Notes under the pieces: generated by a model
What the model was told of the DNA's origin: nothing
What the model saw: only the letters and a program-made list of their open reading frames with translations
Database searches by the model: none
In this document: positions 10,066-19,945 of the stretch, piece after piece
Layout of the letters: every line of letters starts with the position of its first letter
Numbering within the stretch: position 1 is the first letter of the stretch
Made by a program: the position numbers and the translations under genes
Source: Catajapyx aquilonaris
Taxonomy: Eukaryota
Assembly: GCA_000934665.2 (NCBI GenBank)
Contig: KZ538327.1
Span: 62,001-82,792 of the forward strand
Reading direction: 5' to 3'
DNA length: 20,792 bases

Positions 10066-13000
10066 TTTCCCGCAACCACCACTTTTGCCGGGTTGGCGCG
10101 GGGGAGCTTACACCCATTTAACCGTGAATTGCCGGTGAATAGTAATTATGCTGAGCTGCGGACAGGTTTTTGCATAATCCGGGATAAAGGCGGTGTTTTT
10201 TCCAGCATCAATAGGCATAATGAGGAGAGTTTTCACTTGCCTGTACTGTTGTCAATAAGCGATGAGCGGCCGCATTGTTGTACCTTGTGTATGTGTTAAT
10301 GCCAGTGTAGTGCGACAATAGTGCTTAATCCATCGAAGCCTGTTCGCATTGTGGCACCTTTCAATGTATGTGCCATGTACACATGATTGCAGCCCGACCT
10401 GCAATCTAGGTGCCAACCCCAACGTTCTGTCATTCCGACGCGTCGAACTTGGTGGATGAGTTAGTGCAGCATCCGGGCCGGAAGCGGCCTCATTAAGATA
10501 AATCTAAATATATATGCTAGGGGGTAAGTTGGCAAAGTAACGTAATGCCCAACTTTGGTGTTATTCGCCCATCCTCGCAGTCCATAAAGTTAACGCGAAT
10601 GACCCCAAAGTGCTATTTATGAGGCGTCTTAGTGCCCTGGCTGAAAACTAGGCTCGTTCCCTGGAGAGGGAGAGAGCGAAGGAGATGCATCATGAGGAAA
10701 TCAAGTTGAGTGCTGGTCCCCTCCATCATAATCGAATGCTGGTAATTCCCGGGGCGGCCCCCGGCCACAATTCGCCCCTAGAGCAGTCTCAAAAAGGGGG
10801 GAGGAGAGAAGAGACGAGCGTTGGTAGGGAGGAGGACCCCTTCGTGACTACTACCTGTTATGAGGTGCGTGCATCATGTGGTGTGATCCTACAACAAATC
10901 ACACTTATCTTCCCCGCCCCGGACGTTGTGGGAGATGGGAGTCGCAAAAGGATGAGGAAAGACTCCTCCCATGCATGGCTGGCTCCAACCCCATTTCAAC
11001 TCGGCTGATCAGAGCTAGAGGGTTGGCTCAGTTAATGGGACGGCGTCGCCATGTCTTATCCTGGGGTAGTCTTCAGCCTATTTACGAGACGACTCCGACG
11101 GAGAAGATGCGGCGGTGCACTGTCGCCGACGGACCCTTAATCCAGGGCAATTGCGTTGCAAGTCTGCGCCTAGGCTCCAATCTCCGGCCGAATTCCGAGA
11201 TTAATAATGATCTAGGACGAAAAAAAAGAGAAATTGGGGATAATGACGGAATGTCGTGAACGGAACTAGTCCATCAGGGCAGTGGGGGATTTTTTTTTTT
11301 CGGCCGGTTTTAGTGTGTGGCCAGAGTCACGGTATTTGGTCATCATGGCACCGGAGCAGCCTGCGTTGTTTTGGGGACAAGCTGTCTGGCGGTGAGAGTT
11401 ATCGCGATGGCCGTTCTTATCCTGTCTTGCATCCCAGCTGACAAATCACGTCTGGAGCGTCGTGCTGGGGATGCAGAAGTATCGGGCCAGGGTCCCCAGG
11501 TGCTACCGTTTTCCTGGGCCGTTCCTTGTTTAGATCTGGGAGGAAACGGAATTGCTTGGTGCACTCTTCTCTTCCGAGCAGTTGCTCGCTAATGTCACAG
11601 CCCTTTTCCGGAGAATCCCCTGGAAATAAGCCGACAGCACCCGGTCCCTTTAGTTGTTGGTGGAAGGGAATATCTGGGCGTGACCATCAAGATGCACAGC
11701 TTCCGCCTGTTTCACCCCCCCTCCCCTTCCCGTCCCTTGCAGAAATGTCTCTAATCCCTCTCTCCTTGGGCTTCATCCGTTTCTGGCAATGACCCGGCCC
11801 TCCGTAGTCAAATGACCTCGTTTTTGGGGCTAATGGTCTCTGTCCTGCCGGCAATGGCCAAGGATTGCATAGAAATGGCTGCGGGCTATCCTGCCTTTCC
11901 CAGGCAAAAACCTTCCTCCGAGAAGGAGATCCGCACATTTAGACCCGAGGCCAAACAACTGGAGCAGGCCGGTCCCAACTATTTCAACTATTCTCTTTCT
12001 CGTGGGGGGCCTCCGCTGATGGCACGTGAGAATATAAGTCATGTCCCTGTTGGCTTTGTTATTTGAGCACAATCAAGCATGTATATGGGGAAACTGCGGT
12101 TTTCATTTGTTATTAGGTCGGAGCATGAACGCCCCGCCGGGTTAATGCTCACGCACGGCTCGGCAAAACTGCGCTCGGTTTCTAGAATTCTTGCCCCATG
12201 GCCCATGCGGATGGTCGCCTATCATGACTTGGTCGAGTTACCACTCTGAATCGTGCCTATTTGCAACTAGTGGCGAAATGTGGCCAAAAGGAGGCTATCT
12301 TTTCACTTGGAATGTATTCAGCGATTGTAGGTGTGCCTGTTTCGAAGAATGTCATTTGGCTTGTTTTTTTGGTTGTTTTTTTTGTATGCCCCGAATGCAT
12401 ACACGCGTGCACAGGGTGTCCGCTCCGCTTCAAAACAGTGACCTGCAGAATATCCTTGCTGGATATAATTATACACTGTACTTCCTGATTGAATCTCAGT
12501 GTCGACTTAGGGAACACCCTGTACCCCACGAATGCATAAGCAGCGAAGAGGCGAGAGCAAACAGCAATTGGGCGGTCATCAAACGAGAGCAGAGCGTTTA
12601 TGCCATGTACGTATATGTGAGTGGGTGTGAACCTCACATGTGGTCCAAGTGTGTTGAGGTGTATGCTCTAACAATATCCGCTCAGCGATCGTGCGAAAAC
12701 GGGTCGCTCGCGGATGGGCAAGTTAAGTTAGGCAGGCTTTGAAATGGCATGTGCGATGGATGGATAGTGTGATGCGGGTTGGGGCCCCTTTTCGGACGAG
12801 GTGGGCCGTGGAAAAGGCGACAGCTGCTGGCGAATGGTAGACAAGAGATGGGGTGGGTGTTTGCATGGAATGTTGTAATGGAAAGGCGGTAGTCCCCGCC
12901 CTGTAGGGATCAAGGCGCTTTTTGCGTGCTGGAATCCGCTCCGGTGCACCCAATCCTTTGCTGACGACATGTCGACCGACCACCCTCTTGTGTCTGCTGG

Positions 13001-13250
13001 AAATGAGGAGCGGAACCCCCCATCTCTTATATCCTCCAATCGGTTTCGCTAAGGTTCACCACCTTTCTATAAAGCAGCCTGCTTCTCTCCCCTTTTTTTT
13101 GTACCAGAAGGGTTGAGCTCAACGAGAATTGCGTTATGAAATCTGACAAAGACTAGACATTTTCCTACGTGGCAAAATGGGGACTCTCCGAGTGGTGTGC
13201 AGCAGCAGGCCAATTTGCATGGCAATTTCTCTGCGAAACAGCATCGTGTT

Positions 13251-13317
13251 GGGGGGAGGGAGGGGGGAAGGGGGGGGGNNNNNNNNNNNNNNNNNNNNNN
13301 NNNNNNNNGGGGGGGGG
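13251..13317 (+). repeat. Poly-G/purine tract interrupted by a 30-N assembly gap (13279-13308)
   Basis: ggggggagggaggggggaaggggggggg-N30-ggggggggg, read directly. Confidence 0.9.
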
Positions 13318-13661
13318 CCTTGTTGAGAGCGTCTCCTTTTTTTTCCAACCCTCCCCTGCGTGGTTGTGTGCGTCTCGGCTATAGAGTGCTGGTTATGGCC
13401 CAGGAAAGTAGCTGCACATAGGCCGTAGGAATGCGATTATGTAGATGTTGAAATATCGCAATAATTACGGGGGCTGGGGGGCACTGAGCCGGTAACATTT
13501 TCAGGAGACGGAAAGGTGTGCGAGGTGCAGCAAGGGGCGAGTGAAGGAAAAGTACGAGTTGGCAGGTCCTAATTGGCTTTTGGCGGCTTGCGAGCAATCA
13601 GGCGGTACACATGGCCTGGAGGCGAAAGGAGAGACGGGACGGGAACGAGCAACGACCCCTT

Positions 13662-13697
13662 TTCCTTCCTTCCTTCCTTCCTTCCTTCCTTCCTTCC
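13662..13697. repeat. (TTCC)9 microsatellite, with degenerate units continuing to about 13709
   Basis: Read directly. It explains the RKEG/PSFL repeats in the spurious ORFs here. Confidence 0.95.
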
Positions 13698-13870
13698 TGC
13701 CTACCTTCCGTTCTTGTGGAATTCTCTTGAAAGTATTGATCAGTAGGCCAGGGGCCTCGTGGGCAGCAGCAACAAAAGATTCCTGGCCTTGTTCTTGAGC
13801 ATGGCCAATGCGACATGAACAGATGGGCACCAGGGAGGCATGCCACTTTCAGGTCCTTATGGTACTCCAA

Positions 13871-13875
<5 letters not shown>

Positions 13876-13939
<64 letters not shown>
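13876..13939. repeat. (AT)32 microsatellite
   Basis: Read directly. It explains the (IY)n ORFs. Confidence 0.97.
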
Positions 13940-13942
<3 letters not shown>

Positions 13943-16900
13943 TTTGGGGGGAGCTAGAAGCGGCCAGGAATCAAGGAGGGAGCCTAAAAAGATGATGCCA
14001 AATGATCCGTTCTCCCGTAACGTCCGGGACATAAATCCTGCGACTTTTTCTGATTTTGGTCGCACTTTTTATGCATAAAGTATCGATTTGGCGCGATTGG
14101 ATCCTGGCTCCGGAGAGACAGGAAATGGCGCCTCTTTTCTCTCCCAATGGAGTGGATGTCACCATCTCCACCGCTTGAAATATGTCCCCGCCAACCGGAG
14201 CAACATTCAATTTATAAACAGAAATATTCCGGAGGGTTTGAAAAAAAAAAGAAGAAGGGAAGGTCGGTCGTCAAGTCTGATTTGGGCCTCCCTTCTCTCT
14301 CCGAAAGAAAGCTTGAGGAGGGGTGGAAAAGAAGGTGAGAGAAGTCTCGGAAATGGGCGGAGCAGCCTCCGGGAATGTCGTTGGCCAAATCTTTATGGCT
14401 CCTTATGGTGATATTCTCATCCCAGCTCATCTTACCAACACGCTAGTATCCATCACCCGGGATTCTTGCCAGATCGCTCCTGCCGACATTTTATTTTTTT
14501 ATTTTATTTAGGTTTCGGCGGGGTCCCGGCTCTCCTTTGTTTTATCACCACCCATCTGCGTACGGGAAGAAAACGGTGCCACAAATCGCCAAGAATGGCC
14601 CATTCTCCAATTTTTCCAGCCGTTGCCAAAAGTTGATTTACAGGCGTCGTTCTATCCCCTCCCTCCCATTGTGAAATGTGTCCAAGTAGCGACGGGCTCG
14701 TTGCAGAGATAATGAACAATGCGTTTGGCGAGAGCGTGAAAGAGCTACTCCAGCATCCGCTGATAACTCCTCATTATCCTGGTTGCAAGAGGAGCAAAAT
14801 GGCACATCTCACCTCGCGCTCGATTGCGCCCATTCTTTTGGCGGCTGCGTCAATAGCAGGGGACGAACGCACTTCACAAACAATATCGGCAGCAAAGGGT
14901 GGGCAGGAGAGGGGGTTGGGGAGGGGAAAAAAAAACAAAAGGGAGGAGATCGATTGGGTGGTGCTTCTCCATTGTGGTCCAGCTTCTACGAGTATTCATT
15001 ACCAGGAGGAAAAGTTTCCATTTACAAGAGCAACGATAACGCCCGATGAGCTGGCCCCTGTACTTTTTGTGTGTGCACGCAACAACGCTCATAATGGACT
15101 ATTAGGCTTGCGAAGCGGAGCTACAAGTTTATTGAGTTAGCTTCGTATTCGTCAGAATTCACGAGCGTGTTTTGGGAAACTATTGTGCATTCCTGGCATT
15201 CCGCATCCTAACAACGACCCGCCATTTTTCAGCTCAAAAAAAAGTGCGGTTTGTTATTTTTTTTTTCGAGTCGTAATATGCCGTGTAATATGATCAAGGC
15301 GTTAACGTCACGGGTATTAGGAACTATCGTGGAAAAATGGGCCTTTTTGACATTAATGCGCTTAGATAGAAGGGGGGAAATTATGACCTCGCCCGCAGAT
15401 TTCGTCTCGACTATTTTATCTTATAGGGCTGGAAGCGGTATTTTTTTCCCCCCCTCATAACGTTTCTACTGAATCCCCGAAGGCCTTACAAACAATCGAT
15501 TAGATACAGGCCACATACGCGAGATGTGCAACTAGAGTGTCCGGCGGGAGAGGGTTAAAGGTTAGGGGTAAAGCCAGAGGCGTAGGCGCCATAAATTTGG
15601 TCAGGGGGGGCGAGTTTGTGTAGTGTAGTCGCAGCATGTGCAGATACAGCCAGGGAGCGATGGGCACAGCCTTCAGGGGGAAAAGCCACAAAGTTTTAGA
15701 GCGGGCCAGCTGGAGTAGTGGCCATTACCAGCTCTGGGGGGTCCATGGGCACCACCCCCGACCCATACCCGGTAGCTTCCCAGAGGCGCTTCCTGGTCGG
15801 CCGAATGAGAAGAGTTTTTACTCAGCCAAAGTAGCTGTGGCTGCCCTCCCTGAAAATTTATTTACCTCGCGGGTAATCGGGCGGAAGAAGCTTATTCCAC
15901 ACATCGTACCGTAGCCGAGGACGCCTATAAACGGAGGATGCTGGGCTGGAAAAGAGTTGCGGCGAGGTAGTTGTAGTCGTCAAGGCATTACACGTGCGCC
16001 TTTGTACGGCACAAGAGGGCATCGTGTCAAAGGGAAGGTGTGTGGGTGGCTGCGTTAAGTAGCTTCTGAAATTTTCATCCAGCTTCCCAGCCCGTTTTGA
16101 GTTCATGAACTTTACAGTGAGGCTCAGGAAATATAGAGCTAGCCTGGTTTCCCGGGCGTGCAGGTAGAGCCGAAAAATATATGTAAAAAAAATAGGGGGG
16201 AAAAACGACATTCCTGGGGAAACAAAACACCAGTCGCGCTCGAGTGCAGGTGCCGCTGCCTGCTACCAAGAGGACAAGACCATTGTGCTCAAGTTCCCAA
16301 ACAGAACCACATGTTACAAAGGCTCCATTTCCACACCCTTTCTGTGACTCGGTAATGGCAACTTTCATAACTGGGAGCTGCTGAAACCGCATTTGTTCTC
16401 CCAGCTATTATTTAGAACTACTCCAAGTTGGCTCGACGAGTTTGAGAGAGAGACCCGGTCTCGAAATGAAGTGTGACTCCTTATGCACCACAGCATGTGC
16501 GGAAGGATGCGTGATGTACGGCTCTAAATCCGTTAGATGGCGTTGAGCCGCTAGAGACTACACGGTTTGTGATCAGGCTGGGTTGAGGCTAGCTGGAATA
16601 TTCTAGGACCACGACCACGAGTGACCTGGTGGGGTCATCCATCACGGGCTTTTGCAGTCCCCCCCTTCCGTGTAAGTTTATTCGGCACTGTCCTTCTTGT
16701 GACGGACGCGGGAAGCACGCTCGCGTGTACAGCGTACATTAACATAGTCAACATTCGCCTTCATTTCTCATTACCTTATCCAAATGAGGGTACTTAATAA
16801 TGTAATCGGGGGTGTACACGGGTCGAGATATTCGTCAAGCTTAGCGCTGGATTTATGAGGAAAGCCCGAAAGAAATAGAATCCGTAGGACACTTATCTAA

Positions 16901-17313
16901 ATGGCTCCAAAAAGAAAGACTGGCGTGATTGGGGGTCATGTGTCCCGGTGGCTTGCGGCCTATAATATACCACCGCTTTTTCGCGGGACCATTTTGCCTA
17001 TATACCAGACCGAATATCGAGAGCATGGCAAACGACACCCACGCATCGGGAGTGTTCGAGTGTTAACAAAAAAAAAAGGCGCTTTCATTAGCGTAAAAGG
17101 GTGCTGTAAATCGCGCAGTGTACAGAGGAATAAAAAAGTCAGTTTGTCAAGGTCCCACGGGCGAGTGTGTGCCCACAAAGGCCATACCGTTGAAGAGTTT
17201 GGAGGGGGCGGGTGCGTAACAGGTGTGTGCAGTTGACGAAGTGTGGCCGCATCGGCATCCATTAGAGCTCCCTCGCAGCGCATTTTTGTCTTCATCTAAT
17301 TATGAGGGTTCAA

Positions 17314-17355
17314 GGGGAGGGGGGGATAAGGGGGGATAAGGGCGGGAAAGGGGGG
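17314..17355 (+). other. Putative G-quadruplex-forming tract containing a tandem GGGGGATAAG duplication
   Basis: GGGG-a-G7-ataa-G6-ataa-GGG-c-GGG-aaa-G6: six G-runs of 3 or more with 1-4 nt loops. Confidence 0.6.
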
Positions 17356-18915
17356 TGACAGATTATTATGAACCCCTCAGCCCCCCTTCTACCCCTCTAC
17401 TCACTCGTCTTCCTCCCGAGAGACGGGCGCAATTAGGGGAAATGGTTTGTGGGATGATCTGGAGTGTTCCCCGGGCGACATGGACGGATTAACTCCTAAG
17501 GGCTCGGAAACTGCCACCGATGCACGTGGGGTCTAACAGTTCTTTTATCCTGGAAGCAGCCACGTGGCAAGGCCTACACATACCATTGTGGTCTGGACAT
17601 CCTTCGTGGCCACCTGCTGCTTGGTTGCAGCGTTTTCCATAGTTTAAGAGCCATTTTGTGCAGCTGGGGTTTCTTCTTCTCGGCATCCCCTTCCCTTAGA
17701 AGCACCCTTGAACCTTAGAGGAGGATCCATCAAGGCAACCCCGTCGTTATTCGATAATTAAGGCAGCAACTTTGCTGGGTCCGACCAGGGCGGCACCCTT
17801 TCTGGGGGAAATATCGCGCTGCAAGTAGACATAACTAACCGCGGTCGCACCATCTCTCCGGGGAAATGGCTCCTATATGTTACCCGGGGCGGCGTGCACT
17901 CGTGAAAAGGCCTCGTTAACACTTCTTTCTGCTATTATGCACTTGACGGTCGGATGTAAGTCGGACTGGTGGGGAAAAAAAGAACGGGGCACACTACTGC
18001 CTTTGAATGCACCGTCACGCGACGACCTCCCCAACGACAGCATCAGAAATTCAGTACGCGACACGCGTGGTGATTCTTATGAAATGTGTCTTGTCCTCGG
18101 CGCCCATTAGCGGGCCCAATGCGCTTTTAGCACGGACGGGGGAAAAAGGATGGCGAGATACAGTGGTGTAAGGCATTTTTTTGGGAAGGTGTTTTCCTCC
18201 GTACTGGTGTTTCATAATGTCATTTTCGGGAGAGCAAAATCGATTTGGCTAACCGGAAGTTGAAGCTTGGTCGTTGGCAGCTGTCAGCCGAATGGCAGCC
18301 AGCCGTCTGGGCATGGGTAATAATTGCGAGCTGTTTCTGCTGATTGCGAAATAATCAGATCAGGCGGGTCATTGGGTAGGAAGCCGTTAGCACCATTCGC
18401 ATTCCGTGGATCCTCGTTTGCGTAACCGGATTCACGGCGTCGCGTCGTTTCGGTTTGAAATGAGGCGGCCAGTCTGCTAGTGACGGAGGCGCCCACGTGT
18501 CGGCGCCACTCGTCGATGGCGTCGGAAGCGTCGGCGGCTGCTGGGAGTTTGCAGCGACGCCGCCAGATGCCAGGGACATGCTAGGGGAGCTGTGCGCCGT
18601 CAGTAGGTTGTCGGTTGCGATTCAGCGAGTGATTAATCGATGGTGACATTACCGCCCTTCCAGGCTCGTAGACTTGTATACAGTACTGTGGACTGCAATA
18701 CCGGCGTATTCACATGGGGAAAATATTGACGGCCGCATATTCGCATAATTTACAAGTTGATTATGTATTAAATGAAATATGGGTATCACGCTCTGAGGCC
18801 CAGATGCATATCAGAGAGTAGACAATGGATGAAGGGCTTATCCTTGTTATTACGTTTAAATAAGGTTTATAAGGTAACCACATCGCCATAGTCGTATATT
18901 GCCAAAAGTTTTATA

Positions 18916-19520
18916 CAGTAAAACTTCTATAAGTCAAATCTCCATGGGACCGGAAAAATTTCGAGTTATAGAAGATTTGAGTTAGAGAAGTTTGGATTTT
19001 AAAAAGCATATAACTCTATAAGGAAGCCTACATTTATATCCAGCGACGAAAGGTGTTCAAAACTTAAAAATAACTGTCCCTATCACACTTACAATGTTCC
19101 TTGTTGTTTTGTTGTAAAAAAATCTCCGTTATGGACATTTGCCTTACTCTTAGATTCAAGGATTCAATTATCACAATCGAGTCAAACACTTCTTTCGGTA
19201 CGTCTAGTGGATGGAGATCAGGAAATTGAGCCTTTCTGTACATGTAGAGTACTCTCGACCCTTCGGCTGGGAAATGAGACAATTTTCCGCACTCGCCAAC
19301 ATGAACTTCGACTTAGGGAGACTGAAAATGCATTGATATCCCATCGTAAGGCCCTGCCTGCTCTTCGAGTTATGGAGAACTTGGAGTTATAGAAATTCGA
19401 GTTAGGGAAGTTTATTTCCTATTATTTTACATTGTGACCAACCAAGCTCATCAATATTATTTCTTAGACATATATAGAGAACTCCGACTTAAGGAAGTTC
19501 GACTTATAGAAGTTTTACTG
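18916..19520. mobile_element. Non-autonomous pogo/Tc1-mariner DNA transposon (MITE or internal-deletion derivative), 605 bp
   Basis: Perfect 20-bp TIRs: CAGTAAAACTTCTATAAGTC (18916-18935) and GACTTATAGAAGTTTTACTG (19501-19520). TA flanks both sides (18914-18915, 19521-19522). CAGT termini and a TA duplication are typical of pogo-like elements. The TIR core recurs internally. Confidence 0.92.
19064..19282 (-). pseudogene. Probable remnant of a pogo-family transposase C-terminus inside the MITE
   Basis: The ORF contains ...IESLNLRVRQMSITEIF.... Removing one base from GAG ATT TTT T gives QMSITEFF, a canonical PIP box (QxxIxxFF) of the kind found at pogo/Tigger transposase C-termini. No DDE or HTH domain is visible. 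Confidence 0.45.
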
Positions 19521-19631
19521 TACTAGAATAGAAACAAACGTGGCCTTATTACTCTCAGGTACCTTATTGGTGAAACCTATCTATACTAATCCTCCTAGGT
19601 CAAAGGAAGTTAGCGCCCTATCCCTAACGGC

Positions 19632-19945
19632 CTAACACATCTTTTTCGATCTAATACGTATTTCACAACGTATGTTCCCGATGCAAATCAATACGAAGGC
19701 CTCGACGTATGCCCCAGGGTGATCATTGGACTTGACCTCCGAGGTCATCCTTGGCTACAGGAGGTGAAATACCATGTTCCCATAAGGTCCCATCACGTTT
19801 ATCACGCAGCTAATACCCTCATCAACAACAGTACTTCTCAAAGCAGCCAAAGTAGCGATTGTTACTTCCGGCTCGCCATCTCCCAGAAACCGTTCCAAAT
19901 CGAGCGCCAGTTCTTTTCATCATTTTCCACGGTTTATTCGGCCAT
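19632..19945 (-). pseudogene. Possible decayed gene of unknown family
   Basis: Strong Kozak context (tcaaaccATGG) at 19945. Reads MAE*TVENDE, then after a 1-nt shift in an A-run ELALDLERFLGDGEPEVTIATLAALRSTVVDEGISCVINVMGPYGNMVFHLL*PRMTSEVKSNDHPGAYVEAFVLICIG.... Both internal stops (TAA, TAG) are one C-to-T change from Gln codons. Confidence 0.25.

Noticed and set aside
12191..12742. Longest ORF in the window (183 aa, plus strand)
   Set aside because: TTG start, excess Cys/Phe/Trp partly from poly-T runs, and no recognisable motif.
13501..14078. ORFs with RKEG, PSFL and (IY)n repeats
   Set aside because: These are translations of the (TTCC)9 and (AT)32 microsatellites.
14676..15140. 154-aa ORF (plus strand)
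   Set aside because: Reads through G and A homopolymer runs and has no recognisable domain. It cannot be fully excluded without a homology search.
15551..15569. Telomere-like AGGGTTAAAGGTTAGGGG
   Set aside because: Only one exact TTAGGG unit, too short to call an interstitial telomere or a telomerase template.
18355..18579. 74-aa minus-strand ORF in a CpG-rich patch with a CACGTG flanked by GGCGCC sites
   Set aside because: Low-complexity peptide with no other coding support. The CACGTG count in the window (about 7) is near chance expectation.
18960..19512. Spaced short direct repeats that might suggest a CRISPR-like array
   Set aside because: The repeats are ~15 bp, degenerate, irregularly spaced and match the TIR core. 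They are transposon subterminal repeats.
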